A stretch of 64,000 nt of DNA from Candidatus Poribacteria bacterium (GCA_965261435.1 CBDHDL010000021.1:2715950-2779949), one strand, 5' to 3'; positions 18,993-29,635 are shown, numbered from the stretch's first letter. Translations and numbers: made by a program. The notes: a model not told the origin generated them from the letters alone.

Positions 18993-19598
18993 TTATACCT
19001 TTTGTGCTACCATACTGGAGAGGATACCGAGAATCCTATCACACCGCTCAATCGTGTAGATTACCATATCAATATGAAGACGGTTCCCTTCCAATTTAAG
19101 AAATTTCCAGTCTGTCCCTGAAGTGGTGGCACCATAAAAACACTGGATATCATTTCCTTTTTCGGCATTAAAACGTTGTGCTGCGATCATCTCCGCGACA
19201 CACTGTCCAAGTCCGATGAGAAGGTCATCTTTTTTCGCCTCAACCACGATAATAACGGGTGCCTCCAAAAGAGATTGCCGCGGGGACAAACTCACTAAGA
19301 AATCACACACCCCGGTTAATCCGTTTTCAGAATCAACGTTGAAGTCAATGCCAGAAAAAAGGCTGATACTACGATCAAAGTGCTCAAGGAGGTCAACGAG
19401 CACATCAGCAACGATCATTTCTGACTTTGCCTTCTCTGTGCCTATTGTCGCAGCTAAGGGAGCTTTTCTTGCCAAAGCTGTCACGAGATGTGCGGTCGGA
19501 TCAACCGCCTCTATTTCAGAAAAGAGTCCTACAGTATCAACTGCTTCAAGCTGAAATGCTGGCAGCACCGACTCTAAGGTCCATTCGCTATAAGACAT
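18993..19598 (-). CDS. PD-(D/E)xK-motif protein, paralog 1
   Basis: 201 aa, with GVCDFLVSLSP ... VIIVVEAKKDD. Confidence 0.7.
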   Translation of the reverse strand: MSYSEWTLESVLPAFQLEAVDTVGLFSEIEAVDPTAHLVTALARKAPLAATIGTEKAKSEMIVADVLVDLLEHFDRSISLFSGIDFNVDSENGLTGVCDFLVSLSPRQSLLEAPVIIVVEAKKDDLLIGLGQCVAEMIAAQRFNAEKGNDIQCFYGATTSGTDWKFLKLEGNRLHIDMVIYTIERCDRILGILSSMVAQKV

Positions 19599-19639
19599 AA
19601 TAACACCTCTTGGAAGAAGTAGGCGGTTAGTGTACTTTC

Positions 19640-21571
19640 TTATTCCTTCTTCTCTTCATCCTCATTCGCATCTTCATCAACGACTTCGTATTCAGCATCA
19701 ACGACATCGCCTTCAGGAACATCTTCAGAAGGAGCATCACCGGGTGGAGTTCCCTGTTCGGCGTCTGCTGTCTGTTGATAAAGTTGTGCAGAAGCTTCAT
19801 GCCAAATCTGCATCAGGTCGTCGGTAGCTGATTTTATCTCAGCACTGTTGTTTGCTTCCAATGCTTGCTTGACACGTTCAACACCAGCGTTAACCTTTTC
19901 CTTCGTCGCATCGTCTACCTTGTCGCCAAATTCCTGTAGATTTTTCTCAGTTTCATAGACTAAAGAATCGGCACGGTTGCGGTTTTCAACTTCCTCACGT
20001 TTCTGTTTATCCTCTTCAGCGTGGGTTTCTGCATCCTTCACCATCTGTTCAATTTCAGCATCGGTGAGACCGGAAGAAGCAGTGATTGTGATCTTTTGCT
20101 CTTTACCTGTCGCAGTATCCTTAGCAGAGACGTTAAGGATACCGTTCGCATCAATATCAAATGTAACTTCAATCTGCGGAACCCCTCTGGGTGCTGGCGG
20201 AATATCACCGAGACGGAAACGACCAATGGTCTTGTTATAGACCGACTGTTCGCGCTCCCCTTGAAGCACATGAACATCAACAGCAGTCTGATTGTCTTCC
20301 GCTGTAGTGAACTTCTCAGATTTCTTCGTGGGAATAGTCGTATTTTTTTCTATTAAACGCGTAAACATACCACCGAGTGTTTCAATACCGAGTGAAAGTG
20401 GAGTCACATCAAGCAATAAGATGTCTTTGACTTCTTCGTCACCAGCGAGAACACCACCTTGAATAGCGGCACCGACTGCGACCACTTCATCAGGATTTAC
20501 ACCTTTGTGCGGTTCTTTTCCAAAGAGTTGCTGTACGGCTTCCTGAACTTTCGGCATCCGTGTCTGTCCACCAACGAGTATGACTTCATCAATCTCGGAG
20601 GGTTGCATCTCGGCATCAGCAAGTGCTTGTTTGCACGGTTCAAGGGAACGTTGAACGAGGTCATCAGTGATCTGTTCCAGTTTTGCACGTGTGAGTGTAA
20701 GGTTAAGGTGCTTCGGTCCACTGGCATCTACAGTAATAAACGGCAGGTTAATATCTGTCTGTAATGTGCTGGAAAGCTCACACTTTGCAGTTTCCGCGCC
20801 TTCTTTTAAACGTTGCAATGCCATCTGATCATTTCGCAGGTCAATACCCTGGCTACTCAGAAATTCTTGAGCCATCCAATCAATGATAGTCTGGTCAAAA
20901 TCATCACCACCGAGCCGTGTATCCCCGTTCGTACTTTTCACTTCAAAGACACCGTCACCGATCTCCAGAATAGAGATGTCAAATGTACCACCACCAAGGT
21001 CGTAAACAGCGATCTTCTTGTCGCCTTCATTCTGTAGTCCATACGCGAGTGAGGCAGCAGTGGGTTCATTGATAATCCGCAAAACTTCCAAACCTGCGAT
21101 TTTACCAGCATCCGCAGTAGCTTGACGTTGAGAATCGTTGAAGTAGGCAGGCACGGTGACCACAGCTTGCGTGACCTCTTCTCCAAGATACGCCTCTGCA
21201 GTTTCCTTCATTTTTCGTAAGACCATCGCTGAAATTTCAGGTGGCGTGTATTCCTTACCGTCAATATTTACGGCTGCATCGCCATCTTTATCGCCTTTTA
21301 GTTCATAAGGCACTCTGGAAGTATCATCACCGAGTTCGTTAAACTTTCTCCCCATGAATCGCTTGATGGAAAAAATTGTATTTTCGGGGTTCGTTATAGC
21401 TTGTCTTTTGGCGACTTGCCCGACAGGACGTTCTCCCTCTTTGGTAAATCCGACAACCGAGGGAGTCGTCCGATTCCCTTCCGCGTTTTCAATAACCTTT
21501 GCATCGCCGCTCTCTAAGACAGCCACACAAGAATTCGTTGTTCCCAAATCAATTCCAATTACTTTAGACAT
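19640..21571 (-). CDS. dnaK: molecular chaperone DnaK (Hsp70)
   Basis: [14 protein letters not shown] and DLGGGTFD are Hsp70 signatures, and the C-terminus is acidic. The true start is MSKVIG, after a GGAGAT RBS. No grpE or dnaJ is adjacent. Confidence 0.97.
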   Translation of the reverse strand: MSKVIGIDLGTTNSCVAVLESGDAKVIENAEGNRTTPSVVGFTKEGERPVGQVAKRQAITNPENTIFSIKRFMGRKFNELGDDTSRVPYELKGDKDGDAAVNIDGKEYTPPEISAMVLRKMKETAEAYLGEEVTQAVVTVPAYFNDSQRQATADAGKIAGLEVLRIINEPTAASLAYGLQNEGDKKIAVYDLGGGTFDISILEIGDGVFEVKSTNGDTRLGGDDFDQTIIDWMAQEFLSSQGIDLRNDQMALQRLKEGAETAKCELSSTLQTDINLPFITVDASGPKHLNLTLTRAKLEQITDDLVQRSLEPCKQALADAEMQPSEIDEVILVGGQTRMPKVQEAVQQLFGKEPHKGVNPDEVVAVGAAIQGGVLAGDEEVKDILLLDVTPLSLGIETLGGMFTRLIEKNTTIPTKKSEKFTTAEDNQTAVDVHVLQGEREQSVYNKTIGRFRLGDIPPAPRGVPQIEVTFDIDANGILNVSAKDTATGKEQKITITASSGLTDAEIEQMVKDAETHAEEDKQKREEVENRNRADSLVYETEKNLQEFGDKVDDATKEKVNAGVERVKQALEANNSAEIKSATDDLMQIWHEASAQLYQQTADAEQGTPPGDAPSEDVPEGDVVDAEYEVVDEDANEDEEKKE

Positions 21572-21682
21572 TTTTATCTCCAATGTATATGTATCATTTA
21601 ATGTTCTATCGTCAACAAACTAATACCATTTCTATAAATCATTGTCTCATTAGACGGTTATGATGGTAGTTATTCTTCAGGA

Positions 21683-21701
21683 CACAAACTGGAAGTTTGT
21701 G
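21683..21701. promoter_or_regulatory. perfect inverted repeat CACAAACT-GGA-AGTTTGTG, about 110 bp upstream of dnaK
   Basis: Seen in sequence. It matches neither CIRCE nor HAIR consensus. Confidence 0.3.
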
Positions 21702-21891
21702 GTACAAAAAAGAGACATTTTCAATTAGAAATGGTATAAAATATAAGTGCAATATATATGATTCAGGTGCAATATATATGCCAAGATATATCAGTATATT
21801 AAGCTACATTCAGTAAGAAGTGTGTCAATTTGGCAGTTTTAAATATATCAAGCAATTGACGGTTGATGTCAATTTGGCACAAGTGGAATAA

Positions 21892-22674
21892 TCATATAGC
21901 TTTAAGGGATGCCCACGTAGTGGTTAGTTTCTCGGATGGTTCAACTGTTAATAAGGTCTCAATACCTCCCTGAATTTTCCTGATTTCCTTTTGGGATAGC
22001 CCGCGGTTAAACAGAGCGAATTCATCCATATCACCGTTATAGTAGCGGTTTAAACTGAACGGTTCTTCAGTACCAATCAGCAGCGATGATTCAACATGAA
22101 CTAATTTTCCATCTTGTTTTGGATGATTAATTAGCACCTCACCATCAAGGTAAACTGTCCACCACTCTCCTCTCTGAAACGATACGGCAACGTGTTGCCA
22201 TTTATCTTTCGCAATTTTGTTGAGACTTTTCTGAGGCACTACCCGTCCCTCTGAGAGTTTCCATCCCATCCAGATAAAACCATCTGGATGGAGGAGAATT
22301 TCGAAAAACTCATCTACATCTGGCCCCTTCGCTGCTATGAGTTGCCATTCACCTGGACCTCTTTCCAACGTAGGACGAATCCATGCACAAATGGTGATTC
22401 CCTCTGTAAATTCAAACTGACGAGAATGAACAACTCGAACAAAACCGTTTTCACCACCGAAATTGAGTCCCTTTCTATATTTGCCTCTGGTCCAGTCTGT
22501 ATCTCCTTCTAATAATCCATCCTGCCCGTTTCCTGACAGATCAGTTACGGTTTCACCTGCCCCATCTTCAAAAGCAAAATAGACAAGCAATCCGTCCGTT
22601 TCTTTTGCTGTGCTGATTTGAAAACTCGCTGCCAGAAATACAGTTGTAAGGAACATAACTATAAATATACGCAT
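21892..22674 (-). CDS. secreted LamG/concanavalin A-like lectin domain protein with a C-terminal ..KLTTTWASLKAI tail
   Basis: It has a signal peptide (MRIFIVMFLTTVFLAASFQISTA). Laminin_G_3-like features are DLSGNG.., LYLDGEV, and ALFNRGLSQKEI. Confidence 0.8.
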   Translation of the reverse strand: MRIFIVMFLTTVFLAASFQISTAKETDGLLVYFAFEDGAGETVTDLSGNGQDGLLEGDTDWTRGKYRKGLNFGGENGFVRVVHSRQFEFTEGITICAWIRPTLERGPGEWQLIAAKGPDVDEFFEILLHPDGFIWMGWKLSEGRVVPQKSLNKIAKDKWQHVAVSFQRGEWWTVYLDGEVLINHPKQDGKLVHVESSLLIGTEEPFSLNRYYNGDMDEFALFNRGLSQKEIRKIQGGIETLLTVEPSEKLTTTWASLKAI

Positions 22675-22708
22675 GAGTTTTACCTCTTTCTAATTTTGGA
22701 TTAATAGT

Positions 22709-22800
22709 ACCTTGTCAAGTCATAAATGATTTGTTATCGGACAGGGAAACACTGTCCCTACGAACAGATCTACTCATCATTTGAGTGTAGACAGAACAAT
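22709..22800. repeat. ~90 bp conserved upstream element (copy A), also found at 42988-43078
   Basis: About 85% identical to copy B. It contains the GACAGGGAAACACTGTCCCTACGAACAG hairpin motif related to the 30 bp tandem unit at 50279-50500. Confidence 0.7.
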
Positions 22801-22850
22801 GGGTTAAATGTGAACAGTTACAACATCCGCCAAAAATAGAGCGAGTTGTT

Positions 22851-23573
22851 CTAAGCAAAAGGAAAGGTGCCTTGGTATCCACGTGGACGCGAAACATGCC
22901 ACACACCATCATACATCGGTGTCACCTGATAATGGCAAACGACATTGCTACGTTCCATATCGTCACGTTCTTTTGCACCCTGATGTGGCATATGGTTGAT
23001 AAAGACAACACAATCTCCCGCTTTTGGATACAGAATTACGTGCTCTTGTGATTCGCACCATTCCTCAAATTTGGGACGGTCCAAGGGATACAGATGCGGG
23101 GGCTCGGTCAAATGTCCTCCCTTTACAAACTTTAGATGTCCTTCACCTGGATCATTGTCTTGGAAATAGTAGGTAGTGTTTATCCCAGCAGGAGCCATAG
23201 CAAACGGATGTTCTTCAACATACCGTTTCTCGTGCCAGTATCCGTAGAAATCCATGTGCCATTCTTGTAAATAGGGACCTGGATTGATATGCGCGCGAAG
23301 ACTGCGAAGTTGACACTGTTTACCCATTAAGCCTTCAAGATAAGGACGAACGCTGGGATGTCCAACCAGTGGAGCATAAGTATCAGGTTCACGATCCAGC
23401 AATGAATCAAACCACATATTACCGACAGCGTTTAATCCCTCTTCCCATCCCTGTTCGCGAGCATAGTTTACACGTTGGCGAATATTTTCAGTTTCTTCTG
23501 GTGATAATGCACCTTCTATTAAAATATAACCATCCTGAAGCAGTTGGTCAATATTGACTTGTTTGTCTTCCAT
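22851..23573 (-). CDS. phytanoyl-CoA dioxygenase (PhyH) family Fe(II)/2OG oxygenase
   Basis: YILIEGALSPEE is a PhyH-type N-terminus. HxD is at WHMDF and the distal His at MPHQG. Confidence 0.7.
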   Translation of the reverse strand: MEDKQVNIDQLLQDGYILIEGALSPEETENIRQRVNYAREQGWEEGLNAVGNMWFDSLLDREPDTYAPLVGHPSVRPYLEGLMGKQCQLRSLRAHINPGPYLQEWHMDFYGYWHEKRYVEEHPFAMAPAGINTTYYFQDNDPGEGHLKFVKGGHLTEPPHLYPLDRPKFEEWCESQEHVILYPKAGDCVVFINHMPHQGAKERDDMERSNVVCHYQVTPMYDGVWHVSRPRGYQGTFPFA

Positions 23574-23585
23574 GGTTGCTCTCCA

Positions 23586-24308
23586 TTAACTCAGCGGTTC
23601 TAAAGGTTGTGAATGTCCAAAGACAGGTTTAGGTGCATCTCCGGGAGCTGCCCAACGCGCCGCATTCGCAATTACCTGACGCACATTCTTATCATAATAA
23701 ATAGGATACGTTTCGTGTCCGGGACGGAAATAGAATATTTTTCCTCTGCCACGATAGTAACAACAACCGCTACGGAATACCTCACCCCCGGGGAACCAGC
23801 TGATAAAAATAAGTGTATCGGGTTCTGGGATGTCAAACGGTTCACCATACATTTCGGTTTTTTCTATCTCAAAGTATTCATCGAGTCCTTCGGCAATCGG
23901 ATGTCCATGTTCTATCACCCAGATACGTTCTTTTTCTGCTGCTTCACGCCATTTTAGGCTACACGATGTTCCCATCAAACGAAGGAAAGGTTTAGAATAG
24001 TGTCCAGAATGTAACACAATAAGTCCCATCCCTTGTAGCACACGTGCTTTCACTTTATCGGCGATCGCATCTTCTACTGCACCGTGTGCGGCATGTCCCC
24101 ACCATATCAGTACGTCCGTCTTATCCAGTACTGCGTCAGTTAAACCGTGTTCAGGTTCATCCAACGTCGCAGTCAACGATTCAATACCGTGCTCAGATAA
24201 TCCGTCCGAAATAGCAGAGTGAATGCCTTCTGGATATAATTTCTTGATAAATTCGTTCGTTTTTTCGTGTCTAAATTCATTCCACACTGTAACTAAAAGT
24301 TTTGACAT
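23586..24308 (-). CDS. ThuA-like (trehalose utilisation; class I glutamine amidotransferase-like) protein
   Basis: 240 aa. [14 protein letters not shown] and [10 protein letters not shown] resemble ThuA family. Confidence 0.65.
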   Translation of the reverse strand: MSKLLVTVWNEFRHEKTNEFIKKLYPEGIHSAISDGLSEHGIESLTATLDEPEHGLTDAVLDKTDVLIWWGHAAHGAVEDAIADKVKARVLQGMGLIVLHSGHYSKPFLRLMGTSCSLKWREAAEKERIWVIEHGHPIAEGLDEYFEIEKTEMYGEPFDIPEPDTLIFISWFPGGEVFRSGCCYYRGRGKIFYFRPGHETYPIYYDKNVRQVIANAARWAAPGDAPKPVFGHSQPLEPLS

Positions 24309-24365
24309 AAGTTTCTCCTTATTATCAGAAATTGTTTTTAAATTACACTTTATATGAAAATGGTG

Positions 24366-24629
24366 TTATTCAACAGCAACAACATATTCAGTCAATACAG
24401 ATCTTCTTTCTTTTGCACGCTTGGGCGCATCAACGAATTCGCGTAGTGCTACAACCAATTCATCGGCAGTCTCAGGTGTGAATGAAGCTTCACCATCTTC
24501 TGGACAAACCCAAGCGTACACATTCGGAATACGGATTGAAATGCCATCCTCATTATAAGTAAATTCGGTTAGCCTCCATTCTTTATTTATATTGTGTTGC
24601 CCACAAATTGGATGTGTTTTTTCTGCCAT
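24366..24629 (-). CDS. hypothetical small protein (degenerate zinc-ribbon-like N-terminus)
   Basis: HPICGQH ... VCPEDGE resembles a degenerate YgiT-type ribbon. Confidence 0.35.
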   Translation of the reverse strand: MAEKTHPICGQHNINKEWRLTEFTYNEDGISIRIPNVYAWVCPEDGEASFTPETADELVVALREFVDAPKRAKERRSVLTEYVVAVE

Positions 24630-24680
24630 AAGTTATCTCCTTCGTCGCCTCATGCGGGAAAAGGGAGGAAAGTGACATTC

Positions 24681-25874
24681 TTAGAACGTTAATTCCGTCT
24701 CCACTGCTTCATCATAATCAACACCCTCAACCTCAAAACCGAATAGGTTGCGGAAAAGTCTTCTATAGCCAGCGTAATCAGAGAGTTCATGAAAATTATC
24801 GGTATCAATTCGTTCCCAACGTTCTGTAACCGCTTCGGTCACATCTTGCCGTAGTTCCCTGTCATCAAGTCGTATATAGCGTTCACTATCAAGTGTCGGC
24901 GTTAATCCATGTCCGAGATGTTCCGAGAACAGGCGATGCATCTGTCCAATCGGTGCTTCATTGATACCTTTTTCGTTCATAATGTCGTAAAGGATGCTAA
25001 TGTAAAGCGGTACGACAGGTATCGCTGCGGACGCTTGTGTAACAACTGCCTTATTGACTGAAATATAGGCATTACCACCAAATTGATTTGCGAGTTCTTT
25101 GTCAAGTGCATCAACGCGCGACTTCAGGTCGTCTTTTGCTTTACCAATAGTGCCATCTCGATAAATGGACCAAGTCAACGGACTACCGATATACGTATAA
25201 GCAACAATGTTTACCTCAGTCGCAAGCAGATCTGCATCTATTAATGCTGAAACCCACATTTCAAGGTCTTCTCCACCCATGACAGCGATCGTATCGGCAA
25301 TTTCCTGGTCGTTAGCGGGGTCAATCGTTATAGGTGCAACAACTTCCCTATTGAGATCAATAGTCTTCCCCGTATACGGTTCCCCTATCGGTTTTAGCTC
25401 AGAATTATGCGTTTCACCGGTGCGTGGATGTATTCTACGTGGTGAAGCAATGCTATATACAAGAATATCTACCTTACCGAACTTCTCTTTTAATTGTGCT
25501 ATTGCTTGTGCTTTCACCTCATCCGAAAACGCATCTCCATTGAGACTTTCTGCTAAAAACCCATCTTTTTCAGATTCTTGATGAAATGCAACGGTGTTGT
25601 AATATCCTGCAGTGGCGGTACGTCTTTCGTCAGCAGGTCGTTCATAGAGAAGACCTAATGTGTTTGCACCGTAACCCCATGTCAGTGCAATGCGGGAAGC
25701 AAGACCATAACCTGTTGAAGCGCCAACGACCAGAGCATTTAAGCCTGAATCGTTCTGTGGACTGTTCGCCTTGATTAATTCTATCTGGTTCTGAACATTG
25801 GCACGGCAACCAACAGGATGGGAATTTGTACAGATAAAACCACGTATACGAGGTTTAACAATTTGAAGTGCCAT
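24681..25874 (-). CDS. fabV: trans-2-enoyl-CoA/ACP reductase
   Basis: The ORF aligns by eye along its length to FabV (KPRIRGFICTNSHPVGC, VVGASTGYGLASRI, GDAFSDEVK, YSIASPRR, AVMGGEDLEMW, KAVVTQASAAIP, NLFGFEVEGVDYD). Confidence 0.92.
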   Translation of the reverse strand: MALQIVKPRIRGFICTNSHPVGCRANVQNQIELIKANSPQNDSGLNALVVGASTGYGLASRIALTWGYGANTLGLLYERPADERRTATAGYYNTVAFHQESEKDGFLAESLNGDAFSDEVKAQAIAQLKEKFGKVDILVYSIASPRRIHPRTGETHNSELKPIGEPYTGKTIDLNREVVAPITIDPANDQEIADTIAVMGGEDLEMWVSALIDADLLATEVNIVAYTYIGSPLTWSIYRDGTIGKAKDDLKSRVDALDKELANQFGGNAYISVNKAVVTQASAAIPVVPLYISILYDIMNEKGINEAPIGQMHRLFSEHLGHGLTPTLDSERYIRLDDRELRQDVTEAVTERWERIDTDNFHELSDYAGYRRLFRNLFGFEVEGVDYDEAVETELTF

Positions 25875-25897
25875 TATATCCTTCTTGTTGTTGAGAG

Positions 25898-26359
25898 TTA
25901 GCCTTCAATTTCAACGACCATTTCCACTTCAACCGGAATACCGCCCGGTAACTGGGACATACCAACCGCTGAACGTGTGTGTTTGCCTTTATCACCAAAA
26001 ACTTCAACAAAAAGGTCTGATGCACCATTCACAACAGCAGGTTGATCAGTAAAATCTGCGGAAGAGTTAACAAATCCTACCACCTTCACAATGCGTTTTA
26101 CCCTATCCAGATCACCTAACGCATGTTTGAGTGTGCTTATCAAGCCAATAGCGACCTCCCGTGCAGATGCATAGCCTTCTTCAATAGTAGCATCAGTACC
26201 GAGCTGACTCTTGTATATCTTGCCTTCACCTGAACCGGGTCCGTGTCCGGAAGTAAAGATGAGATTCCCTGTTTGAACAGTGGTGACGTAATTAGCAACT
26301 GGTGTTGCGGGTGCTGGTAATTCTATTCCCAATTCTTCAAGTCGTTTCTCAATATTCAT
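25898..26359 (-). CDS. ridA: RidA/YjgF family reactive intermediate deaminase
   Basis: 153 aa with a YjgF/chorismate-mutase-like core (..RSAVGMSQLPGGIPVEVEMVVEI). Confidence 0.88.
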   Translation of the reverse strand: MNIEKRLEELGIELPAPATPVANYVTTVQTGNLIFTSGHGPGSGEGKIYKSQLGTDATIEEGYASAREVAIGLISTLKHALGDLDRVKRIVKVVGFVNSSADFTDQPAVVNGASDLFVEVFGDKGKHTRSAVGMSQLPGGIPVEVEMVVEIEG

Positions 26360-26498
26360 GTAATTTAATATCTCCCATATTGGTTTATAATTGACATGCT
26401 GTCAGCATAATATCTTTGCAGTAACATAACGTAATTAAATATGTTATCAGGGTTTTTGTCAAGGGAATTTATTTCGTGGCAGGACTATTCAGTGTTTT

Positions 26499-29400
26499 TC
26501 AGTTATCTTGAAAAATTGGAGAGAGGTAACTGAGATCGTTTTCGTCTGGAAAGAGGATGTGCCATTTTTCTTGCAATTCCTGTTTACCCTTACCGCCTCT
26601 ATAACGCAGTTTTGTAAGAGGCGTTTGTGAGATAATAAAGGAATCCATTTGCACATGTTCGCCACGGAAACGTTCATAAGAGAAATCGCGTAGTCTTTTG
26701 AATTGCATAATCTTTGGATTGTTTTCATTTATAGGTTCATGTATCATACCGTGTGGTTCAATGAAGACGATACGTTGTTTCGGTTCTTCCAGTATCCACA
26801 AGATAAAATCGGGGTAGAAACCTTCATTTACGTAAAAACCGATTCCTCTACCACGACTCTGGTTTCGTAAGAGAAAAACCTCTTTTTTAACGAGTGTTTC
26901 TTCGTGCTGTTTACGCGCATAAGATCGGAGGTCTCTTACAAAATTTTCCTCGCTTTTTTCTAATGCAGGTGGGGTGATGCGTAACGTTGTGTTTTCACCA
27001 TCTACAGTCAAAAGTGGTTGATATAGATGTCGCTCATTATGGATGTTAGGGAGATCAGTTATATCAGGTCCGTATATGCTACCATCTTCTATTAGATGTT
27101 TGATGATCGGTTCAAGTTCTTCCGACTTATCTCTCGGAATGGATATTTTCCAATCTATAAAGTTACGATTCTTTTCGTCTAAATGTTTTAAACGCACGCC
27201 TTCATCATTCCAACGTTTCTGAATGATACGGTAAAATTTGGTGATATATTTGCGGAGGAGCGTAAGTACTAATTCCTCCAACTGTTCAAGTTGCTCTAAT
27301 GATTTCGGCTCAATTTCACACCTATTCATAATTTTGAGTTCATACAGAGGATTGTCTGTATTGAGGATACCCCTGAGAATATCGGCATCAAAAACAAGGT
27401 TGTGATACCCTTTTTCCTGCTTATACTCAAGAAGTTGAAGATAGATTTTTTCCCAATCTACCAAATCTAAGTATTCCTCTTTAATTGAAGTTTCGATTGC
27501 CGCTTCTGCGCGTTCGTCTTGGATACCCTCTTCTGAACTACTACCAATAATATTAACGGTTTGGGTTGTATACGTAACAATTATATCCTCACACGCCTCA
27601 AGCATAACACACTTTCCTTTTGCAGCTTTGTCATAAGACAGGACTTTGGGAACATAAAGCCGTTTTGAAAGATGATCCATATTGCGTTTAATGGGTAATT
27701 CCATGTGAATTGGATCTTCACATGGAACCCCTTCTCGCCTGAGGTATTCTTGGAAGTCTTCCATGAAGTTAGCACGCACAGCAAAGATATTGAGCGTCTC
27801 CAAAAGTGAAAGGTTAGGCGGATGATCGCCATCAAGCGCAGCACTTCGTTTGAGACTCATACCTTTGCCGCGTAGACGGACACCACGACCAAACAGCTGG
27901 ATAATCTGAGAACCTTCCTGTCTGCCGATGTTGAGCAATCCCATTGTGGTGACTCGCCAACTGTCCCATCCTTCAATAAACTTTTTTGCGCCGATGAGAA
28001 TATTGATTGAACTTTCAGGTTTGTTGATGTCGTTAAAGAGACTATCTGTTAGTACATCTTCAGGATCCATGACGATTCCCGCATTGTCATTTTGGACGAG
28101 TTTTTTAAACTTAGGCACATCACCAATGTTGATAAGTCCAAATTCCTTGTTACCGTAAGTGGTTTTTAAGGCAATTTCACCCTGTGCATTTTGGACATCA
28201 CAAAGATGTATGGCACCGCTTGAATCGGTGTGGAAAACCTCCTTGAGAATGTCAGTATAGATTTGTGATGCCGTTTCTGCTGCACCCTTGAGATAATCGA
28301 ATCGATTTTTAAAAATATCGTCATCTTGGTCAACGGACAAACCCGACTCACCTTTGAGAATAACTTCTATGCCTTGAATTGCCCATCCTTTTTCATTTCT
28401 CAGGAATCGATGTAGAAAGCGGATGACGTTTAGGACATCTGAACGCGTATAATTTTGATAAACGACGTTCACTTTACTGCCGACAAATGTCCACAATGGT
28501 GGGTCTAAGCCGTAAGTACGGACGCTGTCAGTGTTTTCCTTGAAATAACGTTTCTGTTGATAGAAACTGAGGAGATTCGCTAAAAAGAGCATTTCGGTTT
28601 GGGTTTCGTTATCGTGCCCAACGTTGATGATACGGAAGTCCTTCCCGTATCCATTGCTGTAGAAATGTCGGTAAGAGTAGTCGAAAACGATGGCTTTTCC
28701 ATATTCATCAACGAGGTCGTCATTTTTGGCAGCGGCGAGTGCTTGTCTAAAGGTTGCACTGTACTCAAAGGTAAAACCTTGTTCGGCAAGAGTTTCACGA
28801 TGATAGCGCCAGACAGGATCAGTACTGCTTGTTCCCTTGTGTCCTTCATCTACAAGGATTAGGTTATTACCTTCAAATGCCTCAACTGCCACACTTTCAC
28901 CTTCACCTGTCTTTTCTTTCACCAATTTTGTGATTTCAATGACCTGGACAGTGTTATGGGAACGGATGTTCTGATTGCCTTCAACGTTGAATCTTTCGCA
29001 TCGGATATCGGAGTTAGCGAGTTCACGCATGTGTTGTTCGCTTAATCCTTCGTTCGGTGTGATCAGGATGACGTGGTCTAACATATCTTTGCAGTAGTGG
29101 AGGTACTGGTGATAGTTAATGTGCATCATAAAGGTCTTGCCGGCACCGGTCGCCATCCACAGTGCCAGTTTTTCAATATCGGTTTTTGTGAAGTCAGTAT
29201 CCCTGGGATCGCCAGGTGCTTTCAGGGCATTTTGGGATCGGACGAATGTATTGAGTTGATGAAGGAATTCGCCAGGTTTGTTGAATTTCCAGTCTAAGAA
29301 TATCTCGGTATAAAGCAGGGACAGGTATTGAAAATAACGGAGAACAATCGGTTGTGTACGTTTACTGTTTATAGCGGATAGGTGGCGTTTGATATTGGCA

Positions 29401-29615
29401 TCGTAGATTGGTAATGCATTCTCAATCTCATTCTTCAGATCTTGGCGGGACATCAGAAATTCGCAGATGAGTGAGTGACCATTTGAAGTAAAACCCTCGT
29501 CAATGTTTGCAACATCACTAAGTAGGTCCCGAGTAGTTTCATACCCGAATTGGTTATTTAACCATCCGTGAAGAATAAGATGATTGTTGAGTTCTTTTGT
29601 TTTTTTTCTGGGCAT
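26499..29615 (-). CDS. Type III restriction enzyme Res-like subunit (SF2 helicase plus C-terminal nuclease-like motif)
   Basis: Walker A is MATGAGKT, the DExH box is LVDEGHKG, motif III is SAT, and motif VI is QLFGRGVRLRG. The C-terminus has PDFILWI..VFIEPHG (PD-ExK-like, with K replaced by H?). It lies immediately downstream of the mod-like gene. Confidence 0.65.
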   Translation of the reverse strand: MPRKKTKELNNHLILHGWLNNQFGYETTRDLLSDVANIDEGFTSNGHSLICEFLMSRQDLKNEIENALPIYDANIKRHLSAINSKRTQPIVLRYFQYLSLLYTEIFLDWKFNKPGEFLHQLNTFVRSQNALKAPGDPRDTDFTKTDIEKLALWMATGAGKTFMMHINYHQYLHYCKDMLDHVILITPNEGLSEQHMRELANSDIRCERFNVEGNQNIRSHNTVQVIEITKLVKEKTGEGESVAVEAFEGNNLILVDEGHKGTSSTDPVWRYHRETLAEQGFTFEYSATFRQALAAAKNDDLVDEYGKAIVFDYSYRHFYSNGYGKDFRIINVGHDNETQTEMLFLANLLSFYQQKRYFKENTDSVRTYGLDPPLWTFVGSKVNVVYQNYTRSDVLNVIRFLHRFLRNEKGWAIQGIEVILKGESGLSVDQDDDIFKNRFDYLKGAAETASQIYTDILKEVFHTDSSGAIHLCDVQNAQGEIALKTTYGNKEFGLINIGDVPKFKKLVQNDNAGIVMDPEDVLTDSLFNDINKPESSINILIGAKKFIEGWDSWRVTTMGLLNIGRQEGSQIIQLFGRGVRLRGKGMSLKRSAALDGDHPPNLSLLETLNIFAVRANFMEDFQEYLRREGVPCEDPIHMELPIKRNMDHLSKRLYVPKVLSYDKAAKGKCVMLEACEDIIVTYTTQTVNIIGSSSEEGIQDERAEAAIETSIKEEYLDLVDWEKIYLQLLEYKQEKGYHNLVFDADILRGILNTDNPLYELKIMNRCEIEPKSLEQLEQLEELVLTLLRKYITKFYRIIQKRWNDEGVRLKHLDEKNRNFIDWKISIPRDKSEELEPIIKHLIEDGSIYGPDITDLPNIHNERHLYQPLLTVDGENTTLRITPPALEKSEENFVRDLRSYARKQHEETLVKKEVFLLRNQSRGRGIGFYVNEGFYPDFILWILEEPKQRIVFIEPHGMIHEPINENNPKIMQFKRLRDFSYERFRGEHVQMDSFIISQTPLTKLRYRGGKGKQELQEKWHILFPDENDLSYLSPIFQDN

Positions 29616-29635
29616 TTCAGTATTCTTTGGCGGAT

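Noticed and set aside
26360-26498. Palindrome ATGCTGTCAGCAT between res and ridA as a possible operator
   Set aside because: It is a single 6 bp-arm palindrome without repeats elsewhere in the window, which is too weak.
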